This document shows, in pieces, positions 12,462-27,400 of a DNA stretch of 64,000 bases (positions within the stretch are counted from its first letter, which is position 1; each line of letters starts with the position of its first letter). A program made the position numbers and the translations under genes. Source of the DNA: the human T2T-CHM13v2.0 reference genome, Homo sapiens. The notes beneath the pieces are model-generated. The model did no database searches and was not told the origin of the DNA. It worked only from the letters and a program-made list of their open reading frames with translations. The stretch is from assembly GCF_009914755.1 (NCBI RefSeq), contig NC_060941.1; one strand, written 5' to 3'.

Positions 12462-15400
12462 GAATTCGTTGGAAACGGGATAATTTCAGCTGACTAAACA
12501 GAAGCAGTCTCAGAATCTTCTTTGTGATGTTTGCATTCAAATCCCAGAGTTGAACTTTCCTTTCAAAGTTCACGTTTGAAACACTCTTTTTGCAGCATCT
12601 ACAAGTGGATATTTGGACGACTCTGTGTCCTTCGTTCGAAACGGGTATATCTTCACATGACATCTAGACAGAAGCATTCTCAGAAGCTTCTCTGTGATGA
12701 CTGCATTCAACTCACGGAGTTGAACACTCCTTTTGAGAGCGCAGTTTTGAAACTCTCTTTCTGTGGCATCTGCAAGGGGACATGTAGACCTCTTTGAAGA
12801 TTTCGTTGGAAACGGAATCATCTTCACATAAAAACTATACAGATGCATTCTCAGGAACTTTTTGGTGATGTTTGTATTCAACTCCCAGAGTTGAACTTTC
12901 CTTTGGAAAGAGCAGCTATGAAACACTCTTTTTCTAGAATCTGCAAGTGGACGTTTGGAGGGCTTTGTGGTTTGTGGTGGAAAAGGAAATATCTTCACCT
13001 AAATACTAGATAGAAGCATTCTCAGAAACTGCTTTGTGATGATTGCATTCACCTCACAGAGTTGAACATTCCTATTGATAGAGCAGTTTGGAAACACTCT
13101 TGTTGTGGAATGTGCAAGTGGAGATTTGGAGCGCTTTGAGGCCTATGGTAGTAAAGGGAATAGCTTCATAGAAAAACTAGACAGAAGCATTCTCAGAAAA
13201 TACTTTGTGATGATTGAGTTTAACTCACAGAGCTGAACATTCCTTTGGATGGAGCAGGTTTGAGACACACTTTTTGTAGAATCTACAAGTGGATATTTGG
13301 ACCTCTCTGAGGATTTCGTTAGAAACGCGATAACTGCACCTAACTAAACGGAAGCATTCTCAGAAACTTCTTGGTGATGTTTGCATTCAAATCCCAGAGT
13401 TGAACCTTCCTGTGATAGTTCAGGTTTGAAACACTCTTTTTGTAGGATCTGCAAGTGGATATTTGGACCACTCTGTGGCCTTCGTTCGAAACGGGTACAT
13501 CTTCACATAAAATCTAGACAGAAGCCTTCTCAGAAACTTCTCTGTGATGATTGCATTCAACTCACAGATTTGAACCCTCCTATGGATAGAGCATTGTTGA
13601 AACTCTCTTTTTGTGGAATCTGCAAGTGGATATGTGGACCTCTCCGAAGATGTCTTTGGAAACGGGAATATCTTCACATAAAAACTAAACAGAAGCATTC
13701 TCAGAAACTTCTCTGTGATGTTTGTGTTCAACTCCCAGAATTTCACATTGCTTTTCATAGAGTAGTTCTGAAACATGCTTTTCGTAGTGTCTGCAAGTGG
13801 ACATTTGGAGCGCTTTCAAGCCTGTGGTGGAAAACGAATTATGGTCCCATAAAAACTGGAGAGAAGCATTGTCAGAAACTTCTTTGTGATGATTGCATTC
13901 AACTCACAGAGATGAAGGTTCCTTTACAAACAGCAGTTTCCAAACACTCTTTCTGTGGAATCTGCAAGTGGATATTTGGACCTCTTTGAAGATTTCGTTG
14001 GAAACGGGAGAATCTTCACAGAAAATCTAAACAGAAGCATTCTCAGAAACTTCTTTGTGATGCTTGCATTCAACTCACAGAGTTGAACTTTCCTTTCGAG
14101 AGAGAAGCTTTGAAACACTCTTTTTCCAGAATCTGCAAGTGGACATTTGGAGGGCTTTGAGGCCTGTGGTGGAAAAGGAATTAACTTCCCATAAAAGCTA
14201 GATAGAAGCATTCTCAGAAACTACTTTGTGATGATTGCATTCAAGTCACAGAGTTGAACATTCCCTTTGACAGAGCAGTTTGGAAACTCTCTTTGTGTAG
14301 AATCTGCAAGTGGAGATATGGACCGCTTTGAGGCCTATGGTAGTAAAGGAAATAGCTTCATATAAAAGCTAGACAGTAGCATTCACAGAAAACTCTTGGT
14401 GACGACTGAGTTTAACTCACAGAGCTGAACATTCCTTTGGATGGAGCAGTTTCGAAACACACTATTTGTAGAATGTGCAAGTGGATATTTGGGCCTCTCT
14501 GAGGATTTCGTTGGAAACGGGATAAACCGCACAGAACTAAACAGAAGCATTCTCAGAACCTTCTTCGTGATGTTTGCATTCAACTCACAGTGTTGAACCT
14601 TTCTTTGATAGTTCAGGTTTGAAACGGTCTTTCTGTAGAAACTGCAAGTAGATATTTGGACCTCTCTGAGGATTTCGTTGGAAACGGGATAAACCGCACA
14701 GAACTAAAACAGAAGCATTCTCAGAACCCTCTTCGTGATGTTTGCATTCAACTCACAGTGCTGAACCTTTCTTTGATAGTTCAGCTTTGAAACACTCTTC
14801 TTGTAGAAACTGCAAGTGGATATTTGGTCCTCTCTGAGGATTTCGTTGGAAACGGGATAAACCGCACAGAACTAAACAGAAGCATTCTCAGAACCTTCTT
14901 CGTGATGTCTGCATTCAACTCACAGTGTGGAACCTTTCTTTGATAGTTCAGGTTTGAAACACTCTTTTTGTAGAAACTGCAAGGGGATAATTGCACTTCT
15001 TTGAGGCCTACCGTAGTAAAGGAAATAACTTCCTATAGAAAGAAGACAGAAGCTTTCTCAGAAAATTCTTTGGGATGATTGAGTGGAACTCACAGAGCTG
15101 AACATTCCTTGCGATGTAGCAGTTTAGAAACACACTTTCTGCAGAATCTGCAAGTGCATATTTGGACCTCTCCGAGGAATTCGTTGGAAACGGGATAATT
15201 TCAGCTGACTAAACAGAAGCAGTCTCAGAATCTTCTTTGTGATGTTTGCATTCAAATCCCAGAGTTGAACTTTCCTTTCAAAGTTCACGTTTGAAACACT
15301 CTTTTTGCAGGATCTACAAGTGGATATTTGGACCACTCTGTGTCCTTCGTTCGAAACGGGTATATCTTCACATGACATCTAGACAGAAGCATCCTCAGAA

Positions 15401-18400
15401 GCTTCTCTGTGATGACTGCATTCAACTCACGGAGTTGAACACTCCTTTTGAGAGCGCAGTTTTGAAACTCTCTTTCTGTGGCATCTGCAAGGGGACATGT
15501 AGACCTCTTTGAAGATTTCGTTGGAAACGGAATCATCTTCACATAAAAACTATACAGATGCATTCTCAGGAACTTTTTGGTGATGTTTGTATTCAACTCC
15601 CAGAGTTGAACTTTCCTTTGGAAAGAGCAGCTATGAAACACTCTTTTTCTAGAATCTGCAAGTGGACGTTTGGAGGGCTTTGTGGTTTGTGGTGGAAAAG
15701 GAAATATCTTCACCTAAATACTAGATAGAAGCATTCTCAGAAACTGCTTTGTGATGATTGCATTCACCTCACAGAGTTGAACATTCCTATTGATAGAGCA
15801 GTTTGGAAACACTCTTGTTGTGGAATGTGCAAGTGGAGATTTGGAGCGCTTTGAGGCCTATGGTAGTAAAGGGAATAGCTTCATAGAAAAACTAGACAGA
15901 AGGATTCTCAGAAAATACTTTGTGATGATTGAGTTTAACTCACAGAGCTGAACATTCCTTTGGATGGAGCAGGTTTGAGACACACTTTTTGTAGAATCTA
16001 CAAGTGGATATTTGGACCTCTCTGAGGATTTCGCTGGAAACGGGATAACTGCACCTAACTAAACGGAAGCATTCTCAGAAACTTCTTGGTGATGTTTGCA
16101 TTCAAATCCCAGAGTTGAAACTTCCTGTGATAGTTCAGGTTTGAAACACACTTTTTGTAGGATCTGCAAGTGGATATTTGGACCACTCTGTGGCCTTCGT
16201 TCGAAACGGGTACATCTTCGCATAAAATCTAGACAGAAGCCTTCTCAGAAACTTCTCTGTGATGATTGCATTCAACTCACAGAGTTGAACCCTCCTATGG
16301 ATAGAGCATTCTTGAAACTCTCTTTTTGTGGAATCTGCAAGTGGATATGTGGACCTCTCCGAAGATGTCTTTGGAAACGGGAATATCTTCACATAAAAAC
16401 TAAACAGAAGCATTCTCAGAAACTTCTCTGTGATGTTTGTGTTCAACTCCCAGAGTTTCACATTGCTTTTCATAGAGTAGTTCTGAAACATGCTTTTCGT
16501 AGTGTCTGCAAGTGGACATTTGGAGTGCTTTCAGGCCTGTGGTGGAAAACGAATTATGGTCACATAAAAACTGGAGAGAAGCATTGTCAGAAACTTCTTT
16601 GTGATGATTGCATTCAACTCACGGAGATGAAGGTTCCTTTACAAACAGCAGTTTCCAAACACTCTTTCTGTGGAATCTGCAAGTGGATATTTGGACCTCT
16701 TTGAAGATTTCGTTGGAAACGGGAGAATCTTCACAGAAAAGCTAAACAGAAGCATTCTCAGAAACTTCTTTGTGATGCTTGCATTCAACTCACAGAGTTG
16801 AACTTTCCTTTCGAGAGAGAAGCTTTGAAACACTCTTTTTCCAGAATCTGCAAGTGGACATTTGGAGGGCTTTGAGGCCTGTGGTGGAAAAGGAATTAAC
16901 TTCCCGTAAAAGCTAGATAGAAGCATTCTCAGAAACTACTTTGTGATGATTGCATTCAAGTCACAGAGTTGAACATTCCCTTTGACAGAGCAGTTTGGAA
17001 ACTCTCTTTGTGTAGAATCTGCAAGTGGAGATATGGACCGCTTTGAGGCCTATGGTAGTAAAGGAAATAGCTTCATATAAAAGCTAGACAGTAGCATTCA
17101 CAGAAAACTCTTGGTGACGACTGAGTTTAACTCACAGAGCTGAACATTCCTTTGGATGGAGCAGTTTCGAAACACACTATTTGTAGAATGTGCAAGTGGA
17201 TATTTGGGCCTCTCTGAGGATTTCGTTGGAAACGGGATAAACCGCACAGAACTAAACAGAAGCATTCTCAGAACCTTCTTCGTGATGTTTGCATTCAACT
17301 CACAGTGTTGAACCTTTCTTTGATAGTTCAGGTTTGAAACGGTCTTTCTGTAGAAACTGCAAGTAGATATTTGGACCTCTCTGAGGATTTCGTTGGAAAC
17401 GGGATAACCCGCACAGAACTAAAACAGAAGCATTCTCAGAACCCTCTTCGTGATGTTTGCATTCAACACACAGTGCTGAACCTTTCTTTGATAGTTCAGC
17501 TTTGAAACACTCTTCTTGTAGAAACTGCAAGTGGATATTTGGTCCTCTCTGAGGATTTCGTTGGAAACGGGATAAACCGCACAGAACTAAACAGAAGCAT
17601 TCTCAGAACCTTCTTCGTGATGTCTGCATTCAACTCACAGTGTGGAACCTTTCTTTGATAGTTCAGGTTTGAAACACTCTTTTTGTAGAAACTGCAAGGG
17701 GATAATTGCACTTCTTTGAGGCCTACCGTAGTAAAGGAAATAACTTCCTATAGAAAGAAGACAGAAGCTTTCTCAGAAAATTCTTTGGGATGATTGAGTG
17801 GAACTCACAGAGCTGAACATTCCTTGCGATGTAGCAGTTTAGAAACACACTTTCTGCAGAATCTGCAAGTGCATATTTGGACCTCTCCGAGGAATTCGTT
17901 GGAAACGGGATAATTTCAGCTGACTAAACAGAAGCAGTCTCAGAATCTTCTTTGTGATGTTTGCATTCAAATCCCAGAGTTGAACTTTCCTTTCAAAGTT
18001 CACGTTTGAAACACTCTTTTTGCAGGATCTACAAGTGGATATTTGGACCACTCTGTGTCCTTCGTTCGAAACGGGTATATCTTCACATGACATCTAGACA
18101 GAAGCATTCTCAGAAGCTTCTCTGTGATGACTGCATTCAACTCACGGAGTTGAACACTCCTTTTGAGAGCGCAGTTTTGAAACTCTCTTTCTGTGGCATC
18201 TGCAAGGGGACATGTAGACCTCTTTGAAGATTTCGTTGGAAACGGAATCATCTTCACATAAAAACTATACAGATGCATTCTCAGGAACTTTTTGGTGATG
18301 TTTGTATTCAACTCCCAGAGTTGAACTTTCCTTTGGAAAGAGCAACTATGAAACACTCTTTTTCTAGAATCTGCAAGTGGACGTTTGGAGGGCTTTGTGG

Positions 18401-21400
18401 TTTGTGGTGGAAAAGGAAATATCTTCACCTAAATACTAGATAGAAGCATTCTCAGAAACTGCTTTGTGATGATTGCATTCACCTCACAGAGTTGAACATT
18501 CCTATTGATAGAGCAGTTTGGAAACACTCTTGTTGTGGAATGTGCAAGTGGAAATTTGGAGCGCTTTGAGGCCTATGGTAGTAAAGGTAATAGCTTCATA
18601 GAAAAACTAGACAGAAGCATTCTCAGAAAATACTTTGTGATGATTGAGTTTAACTCACAGAGCTGAACATTCCTTTGGATGGAGCAGGTTTGAGACACAC
18701 CTTTTGTAGAATCTACAAGTGGATATTTGGACCTCTCTGAGGATTTCGTTGGAAACGCGATAACTGCACCTAACTAAACGGAAGCATTCTCAGAAACTTC
18801 TTGGTGATGTTTGCATTCAAATCCCAGAGTTGAACCTTCCTGTGATAGTTCAGGTTTGAAACACTCTTTTTGTAGGATCTGCAAGTGGATATTTGGACCA
18901 CTCTGTGGCCTTCGTTCGAAACGGGTACATCTTCACATAAAATCTAGACAGAAGCCTTCTCAGAAACTTCTCTGTGATGATTGCATTCAACTCACAGATT
19001 TGAACCCTCCTATGGATAGAGCATTGTTGAAACTCTCTTTTTGTGGAATCTGCAAGTGGATATGTGGACCTCTCCGAAGATGTCTTTGGAAACGGGAATA
19101 TCTTCACATAAAAACTAAACAGAAGCATTCTCAGAAACTTCTCTGTGATGTTTGTGTTCAACTCCCAGAATTTCACATTGCTTTTCATAGAGTAGTTCTG
19201 AAACATGCTTTTCGTAGTGTCTGCAAGTGGACATTTGGAGCGCTTTCAAGCCTGTGGTGGAAAACGAATTATGGTCCCATAAAAACTGGAGAGAAGCATT
19301 GTCAGAAACTTCTTTGTGATGATTGCATTCAACTCACAGAGATGAAGGTTCCTTTACAAACAGCAGTTTCCAAACACTCTTTCTGTGGAATCTGCAAGTG
19401 GATATTTGGACCTCTTTGAAGATTTCGTTGGAAACGGGAGAATCTTCACAGAAAATCTAAACAGAAGCATTCTCAGAAACTTCTTTGTGATGCTTGCATT
19501 CAACTCACAGAGTTGAACTTTCCTTTCGAGAGAGAAGCTTTGAAACACTGTTTTTCCAGAATCTGCAAGTGGACATTTGGAGGGCTTTGAGGCCTGTGGT
19601 GGAAAAGGAATTAACTTCCCATAAAAGCTAGATAGAAGCATTCTCAGAAACTACTTTGTGATGATTGCATTCAAGTCACAGAGTTGAACATTCCCTTTGA
19701 CAGAGCAGTTTGGAAACTCTCTTTGTGTAGAATCTGCAAGTGGAGATATGGACCGCTTTGAGGCCTATGGTAGTAAAGGAAATAGCTTCATATAAAAGCT
19801 AGACAGTAGCATTCACAGAAAACTCTTGGTGACGACTGAGTTTAACTCACAGAGCTGAACATTCCTTTGGATGGAGCAGTTTCGAAACACACTATTTGTA
19901 GAATGTGCAAGTGGATATTTGGGCCTCTCTGAGGATTTCGTTGGAAACGGGATAAACCGCACAGAACTAAACAGAAGCATTCTCAGAACCTTCTTCGTGA
20001 TGTTTGCATTCAACTCACACTGTTGAACCTTTCTTTGATAGTTCAGGTTTGAAACGGTCTTTCTGTAGAAACTGCAAGTAGATATTTGGACCTCTCTGAG
20101 GATTTCGTTGGAAACGGGATAAACCGCACAGAACTAAAACAGAAGCATTCTCAGAACCCTCTTCGTGATGTTTGCATTCAACTCACAGTGCTGAACCTTT
20201 CTTTGATAGTTCAGCTTTGAAACACTCTTCTTGTAGAAACTGCAAGTGGATATTTGGTCCTCTCTGAGGATTTCGTTGGAAACGGGATAAACCGCACAGA
20301 ACTAAACAGAAGCATTCTCAGAACCTTCTTCGTGATGTCTGCATTCAACTCACAGTGTGGAACCTTTCTTTGATAGTTCAGGTTTGAAACACTCTTTTTG
20401 TAGAAACTGCAAGGGGATAATTGCACTTCTTTGAGGCCTACCGTAGTAAAGGAAATAACTTCCTATAGAAAGAAGACAGAAGCTTTCTCAGAAAATTCTT
20501 TGGGATGATTGAGTGGAACTCACAGAGCTGAACATTCCTTGCGATGTAGCAGTTTAGAAACACACTTTCTGCAGAATCTGCAAGTGCATATTTGGACCTC
20601 TCCGAGGAATTCGTTGGAAACGGGATAATTTCAGCTGACTAAACAGAAGCAGTCTCAGAATCTTCTTTGTGATGTTTGCATTCAAATCCCAGAGTTGAAC
20701 TTTCCTTTCAAAGTTCACGTTTGAAACACTCTTTTTGCAGGATCTACAAGTGGATATTTGGACCACTCTGTGTCCTTCGTTCGAAACGGGTATATCTTCA
20801 CATGACATCTAGACAGAAGCATTCTCAGAAGCTTCTCTGTGATGACTGCATTCAACTCACGGAGTTGAACACTCCTTTTGAGAGCGCAGTTTTGAAACTC
20901 TCTTTCTGTGGCATCTGCAAGGGGACATGTAGACCTCTTTGAAGATTTCGTTGGAAACGGAATCATCTTCACATAAAAACTATACAGATGCATTCTCAGG
21001 AACTTTTTGGTGATGTTTGTATTCAACTCCCAGAGTTGAACTTTCCTTTGGAAAGAGCAGCTATGAAACACTCTTTTTCTAGAATCTGCAAGTGGACGTT
21101 TGGAGGGCTTTGTGGTTTGTGGTGGAAAAGGAAATATCTTCACCTAAATACTAGATAGAAGCATTCTCAGAAACTGCTTTGTGATGATTGCATTCACCTC
21201 ACAGAGTTGAACATTCCTATTGATAGAGCAGTTTGGAAACACTCTTGTTGTGGAATGTGCAAGTGGAGATTTGGAGCGCTTTGAGGCCTATGGTAGTAAA
21301 GGGAATAGCTTCATAGAAAAACTAGACAGAAGGATTCTCAGAAAATACTTTGTGATGATTGAGTTTAACTCACAGAGCTGAACATTCCTTTGGATGGAGC

Positions 21401-24400
21401 AGGTTTGAGACACACTTTTTGTAGAATCTACAAGTGGATATTTGGACCTCTCTGAGGATTTCGCTGGAAACGGGATAACTGCACCTAACTAAACGGAAGC
21501 ATTCTCAGAAACTTCTTGGTGATGTTTGCATTCAAATCCCAGAGTTGAACCTTCCTTTGATAGTTCAGGTTTGAAACACACTTTTTGTAGGATCTGCAAG
21601 TGGATATTTGGACCACTCTGTGGCCTTCGTTCGAAACGGGTACATCTTCGCATAAAATCTAGACAGAAGCCTTCTCAGAAACTTCTCTGTGATGATTGCA
21701 TTCAACTCACAGAGTTGAACCCTCCTATGGATAGAGCATTCTTGAAACTCTCTTTTTGTGGAATCTGCAAGTGGATATGTGGACCTCTCCGAAGATGTCT
21801 TTGGAAACGGGAATATCTTCACATAAAAACTAAACAGAAGCATTCTCAGAAACTTCTCTGTGATGTTTGTGTTCAACTCCCAGAGTTTCACATTGCTTTT
21901 CATAGAGTAGTTCTGAAACATGCTTTTCGTAGTGTCTGCAAGTGGACATTTGGAGTGCTTTCAGGCCTGTGGTGGAAAACGAATTATGGTCACATAAAAA
22001 CTGGAGAGAAGCATTGTCAGAAACTTCTTTGTGATGATTGCATTCAACTCACGGAGATGAAGGTTCCTTTACAAACAGCAGTTTCCAAACACTCTTTCTG
22101 TGGAATCTGCAAGTGGATATTTGGACCTCTTTGAAGATTTCGTTGGAAACGGGAGAATCTTCACAGAAAAGCTAAACAGAAGCATTCTCAGAAACTTCTT
22201 TGTGATGCTTGCATTCAACTCACAGAGTTGAACTTTCCTTTCGAGAGAGAAGCTTTGAAACACTCTTTTTCCAGAATCTGCAAGTGGACATTTGGAGGGC
22301 TTTGAGGCCTGTGGTGGAAAAGGAATTAACTTCCCGTAAAAGCTAGATAGAAGCATTCTCAGAAACTACTTTGTGATGATTGCATTCAAGTCACAGAGTT
22401 GAACATTCCCTTTGACAGAGCAGTTTGGAAACTCTCTTTGTGTAGAATCTGCAAGTGGAGATATGGACCGCTTTGAGGCCTATGGTAGTAAAGGAAATAG
22501 CTTCATATAAAAGCTAGACAGTAGCATTCACAGAAAACTCTTGGTGACGACTGAGTTTAACTCACAGAGCTGAACATTCCTTTGGATGGAGCAGTTTCGA
22601 AACACACTATTTGTAGAATGTGCAAGTGGATATTTGGGCCTCTCTGAGGATTTCGTTGGAAACGGGATAAACCGCACAGAACTAAACAGAAGCATTCTCA
22701 GAACCTTCTTCGTGATGTTTGCATTCAACTCACAGTGTTGAACCTTTCTTTGATAGTTCAGGTTTGAAACGGTCTTTCTGTAGAAACTGCAAGTAGATAT
22801 TTGGACCTCTCTGAGGATTTCGTTGGAAACGGGATAACCCGCACAGAACTAAAACAGAAGCATTCTCAGAACCCTCTTCGTGATGTTTGCATTCAACACA
22901 CAGTGCTGAACCTTTCTTTGATAGTTCAGCTTTGAAACACTCTTCTTGTAGAAACTGCAAGTGGATATTTGGTCCTCTCTGAGGATTTCGTTGGAAACGG
23001 GATAAACCGCACAGAACTAAACAGAAGCATTCTCAGAACCTTCTTCGTGATGTCTGCATTCAACTCACAGTGTGGAACCTTTCTTTGATAGTTCAGGTTT
23101 GAAACACTCTTTTTGTAGAAACTGCAAGGGGATAATTGCACTTCTTTGAGGCCTACCGTAGTAAAGGAAATAACTTCCTATAGAAAGAAGACAGAAGCTT
23201 TCTCAGAAAATTCTTTGGGATGATTGAGTGGAACTCACAGAGCTGAACATTCCTTGCGATGTAGCAGTTTAGAAACACACTTTCTGCAGAATCTGCAAGT
23301 GCATATTTGGACCTCTCCGAGGAATTCGTTGGAAACGGGATAATTTCAGCTGACTAAACAGAAGCAGTCTCAGAATCTTCTTTGTGATGTTTGCATTCAA
23401 ATCCCAGAGTTGAACTTTCCTTTCAAAGTTCACGTTTGAAACACTCTTTTTGCAGGATCTACAAGTGGATATTTGGACCACTCTGTGTCCTTCGTTCGAA
23501 ACGGGTATATCTTCACATGACATCTAGACAGAAGCATTCTCAGAAGCTTCTCTGTGATGACTGCATTCAACTCACGGAGTTGAACACTCCTTTTGAGAGC
23601 GCAGTTTTGAAACTCTCTTTCTGTGGCATCTGCAAGGGGACATGTAGACCTCTTTGAAGATTTCGTTGGAAACGGAATCATCTTCACATAAAAACTATAC
23701 AGATGCATTCTCAGGAACTTTTTGGTGATGTTTGTATTCAACTCCCAGAGTTGAACTTTCCTTTGGAAAGAGCAACTATGAAACACTCTTTTTCTAGAAT
23801 CTGCAAGTGGACGTTTGGAGGGCTTTGTGGTTTGTGGTGGAAAAGGAAATATCTTCACCTAAATACTAGATAGAAGCATTCTCAGAAACTGCTTTGTGAT
23901 GATTGCATTCACCTCACAGAGTTGAACATTCCTATTGATAGAGCAGTTTGGAAACACTCTTGTTGTGGAATGTGCAAGTGGAGATTTGGAGCGCTTTGAG
24001 GCCTATGGTAGTAAAGGTAATAGCTTCATAGAAAAACTAGACAGAAGCATTCTCAGAAAATACTTTGTGATGATTGAGTTTAACTCACAGAGCTGAACAT
24101 TCCTTTGGATGGAGCAGGTTTGAGACACACCTTTTGTAGAATCTACAAGTGGATATTTGGACCTCTCTGAGGATTTCGTTGGAAACGCGATAACTGCACC
24201 TAACTAAACGGAAGCATTCTCAGAAACTTCTTGGTGATGTTTGCATTCAAATCCCAGAGTTGAACCTTCCTGTGATAGTTCAGGTTTGAAACACTCTTTT
24301 TGTAGGATCTGCAAGTGGATATTTGGACCACTCTGTGGCCTTCGTTCGAAACGGGTACATCTTCACATAAAATCTAGACAGAAGCCTTCTCAGAAACTTC

Positions 24401-27400
24401 TCTGTGATGATTGCATTCAACTCACAGATTTGAACCCTCCTATGGATAGAGCATTGTTGAAACTCTCTTTTTGTGGAATCTGCAAGTGGATATGTGGACC
24501 TCTCCGAAGATGTCTTTGGAAACGGGAATATCTTCACATAAAAACTAAACAGAAGCATTCTCAGAAACTTCTCTGTGATGTTTGTGTTCAACTCCCAGAA
24601 TTTCACATTGCTTTTCATAGAGTAGTTCTGAAACATGCTTTTCGTAGTGTCTGCAAGTGGACATTTGGAGCGCTTTCAAGCCTGTGGTGGAAAACGAATT
24701 ATGGTCCCATAAAAACTGGAGAGAAGCATTGTCAGAAACTTCTTTGTGATGATTGCATTCAACTCACAGAGATGAAGGTTCCTTTACAAACAGCAGTTTC
24801 CAAACACTCTTTCTGTGGAATCTGCAAGTGGATATTTGGACCTCTTTGAAGATTTCGTTGGAAACGGGAGAATCTTCACAGAAAATCTAAACAGAAGCAT
24901 TCTCAGAAACTTCTTAGTGATGCTTGCATTCAACTCACAGAGTTGAACTTTCCTTTCGAGAGAGAAGCTTTGAAACACTGTTTTTCCAGAATCTGCAAGT
25001 GGACATTTGGAGGGCTTTGAGGCCTGTGGTGGAAAAGGAATTAACTTCCCATAAAAGCTAGATAGAAGCATTCTCAGAAACTACTTTGTGATGATTGCAT
25101 TCAAGTCACAGAGTTGAACATTCCCTTTGACAGAGCAGTTTGGAAACTCTCTTTGTGTAGAATCTGCAAGTGGAGATATGGACCGCTTTGAGGCCTATGG
25201 TAGTAAAGGAAATAGCTTCATATAAAAGCTAGACAGTAGCATTCACAGAAAACTCTTGGTGACGACTGAGTTTAACTCACAGAGCTGAACATTCCTTTGG
25301 ATGGAGCAGTTTCGAAACACACTATTTGTAGAATGTGCAAGTGGATATTTGGGCCTCTCTGAGGATTTCGTTGGAAACGGGATAAACCGCACAGAACTAA
25401 ACAGAAGCATTCTCAGAACCTTCTTCGTGATGTTTGCATTCAACTCACACTGTTGAACCTTTCTTTGATAGTTCAGGTTTGAAACGGTCTTTCTGTAGAA
25501 ACTGCAAGTAGATATTTGGACCTCTCTGAGGATTTCGTTGGAAACGGGATAAACCGCACAGAACTAAAACAGAAGCATTCTCAGAACCCTCTTCGTGATG
25601 TTTGCATTCAACTCACAGTGCTGAACCTTTCTTTGATAGTTCAGCTTTGAAACACTCTTCTTGTAGAAACTGCAAGTGGATATTTGGTCCTCTCTGAGGA
25701 TTTCGTTGGAAACGGGATAAACCGCACAGAACTAAACAGAAGCATTCTCAGAACCTTCTTCGTGATGTCTGCATTCAACTCACAGTGTGGAACCTTTCTT
25801 TGATAGTTCAGGTTTGAAACACTCTTTTTGTAGAAACTGCAAGGGGATAATTGCACTTCTTTGAGGCCTACCGTAGTAAAGGAAATAACTTCCTATAGAA
25901 AGAAGACAGAAGCTTTCTCAGAAAATTCTTTGGGATGATTGAGTGGAACTCACAGAGCTGAACATTCCTTGCGATGTAGCAGTTTAGAAACACACTTTCT
26001 GCAGAATCTGCAAGTGCATATTTGGACCTCTCCGAGGAATTCGTTGGAAACGGGATAATTTCAGCTGACTAAACAGAAGCAGTCTCAGAATCTTCTTTGT
26101 GATGTTTGCATTCAAATCCCAGAGTTGAACTTTCCTTTCAAAGTTCACGTTTGAAACACTCTTTTTGCAGGATCTACAAGTGGATATTTGGACCACTCTG
26201 TGTCCTTCGTTCGAAACGGGTATATCTTCACATGACATCTAGACAGAAGCATTCTCAGAAGCTTCTCTGTGATGACTGCATTCAACTCACGGAGTTCAAC
26301 ACTCCTTTTGAGAGCGCAGTTTTGAAACTCTCTTTCTGTGGCATCTGCAAGGGGACATGTAGACCTCTTTGAAGATTTCATTGGAAACGAAATCATCTTC
26401 ACATAAAAACTATACAGATGCATTCTCAGGAACTTTTTGGTGATGTTTGTATTCAACTCCCAGAGTTGAACTTTCCTTTGGAAAGAGCAGCTATGAAACA
26501 CTCTTTTTCTAGAATCTGCAAGTGGACGTTTGGAGGGCTTTGTGGTTTGTGGTGGAAAAGGAAATATCTTCACCTAAATACTAGATAGAAGCATTCTCAG
26601 AAACTGCTTTGTGATGATTGCATTCACCTCACAGAGTTGAACATTCCTATTGATAGAGCAGTTTGGAAACACTCTTGTTGTGGAATGTGCAAGTGGAGAT
26701 TTGGAGCGCTTTGAGGCCTATGGTAGTAAAGGGAATAGCTTCATAGAAAAACTAGACAGAAGCATTCTCAGAAAATACTTTGTGATGATTGAGTTTAACT
26801 CACAGAGCTGAACATTCCTTTGGATGGAGCAGGTTTGAGACACACTTTTTGTAGAATCTACAAGTGGATATTTGGACCTCTCTGAGGATTTCGTTGGAAA
26901 CGGGATAACTGCACCTAACTAAACGGAAGCATTCTCAGAAACTTCTTGGTGATGTTTGCATTCAAATCCCAGAGTTGAACCTTCCTGTGATAGTTCAGGT
27001 TTGAAACACTCTTTTTGTAGGATCTGCAAGTGGATATTTGGACCACTCTGTGGCCTTCGTTCGAAACGGGTACATCTTCACATAAACTCTAGACAGAAGC
27101 CTTCTCAGAAACTTCTCTGTGATGATTGCATTCAACTCACAGATTTGAACCCTCCTATGGATAGAGCATTCTTGAAACTCTCTTTTTGTGGAATCTGCAA
27201 GTGGATATGTGGACCTCTCCGAAGATGTCTTTGGAAACGGGAATATCTTCACATAAAAACTAAACAGAAGCATTCTCAGAAACTTCTCTGTGATGTTTGT
27301 GTTCAACTCCCAGAGTTTCACATTGCTTTTCATAGAGTAGTTCTGAAACATGCTTTTCGTAGTGTCTGCAAGTGGACATTTGGAGCGCTTTCAGGCCTGT

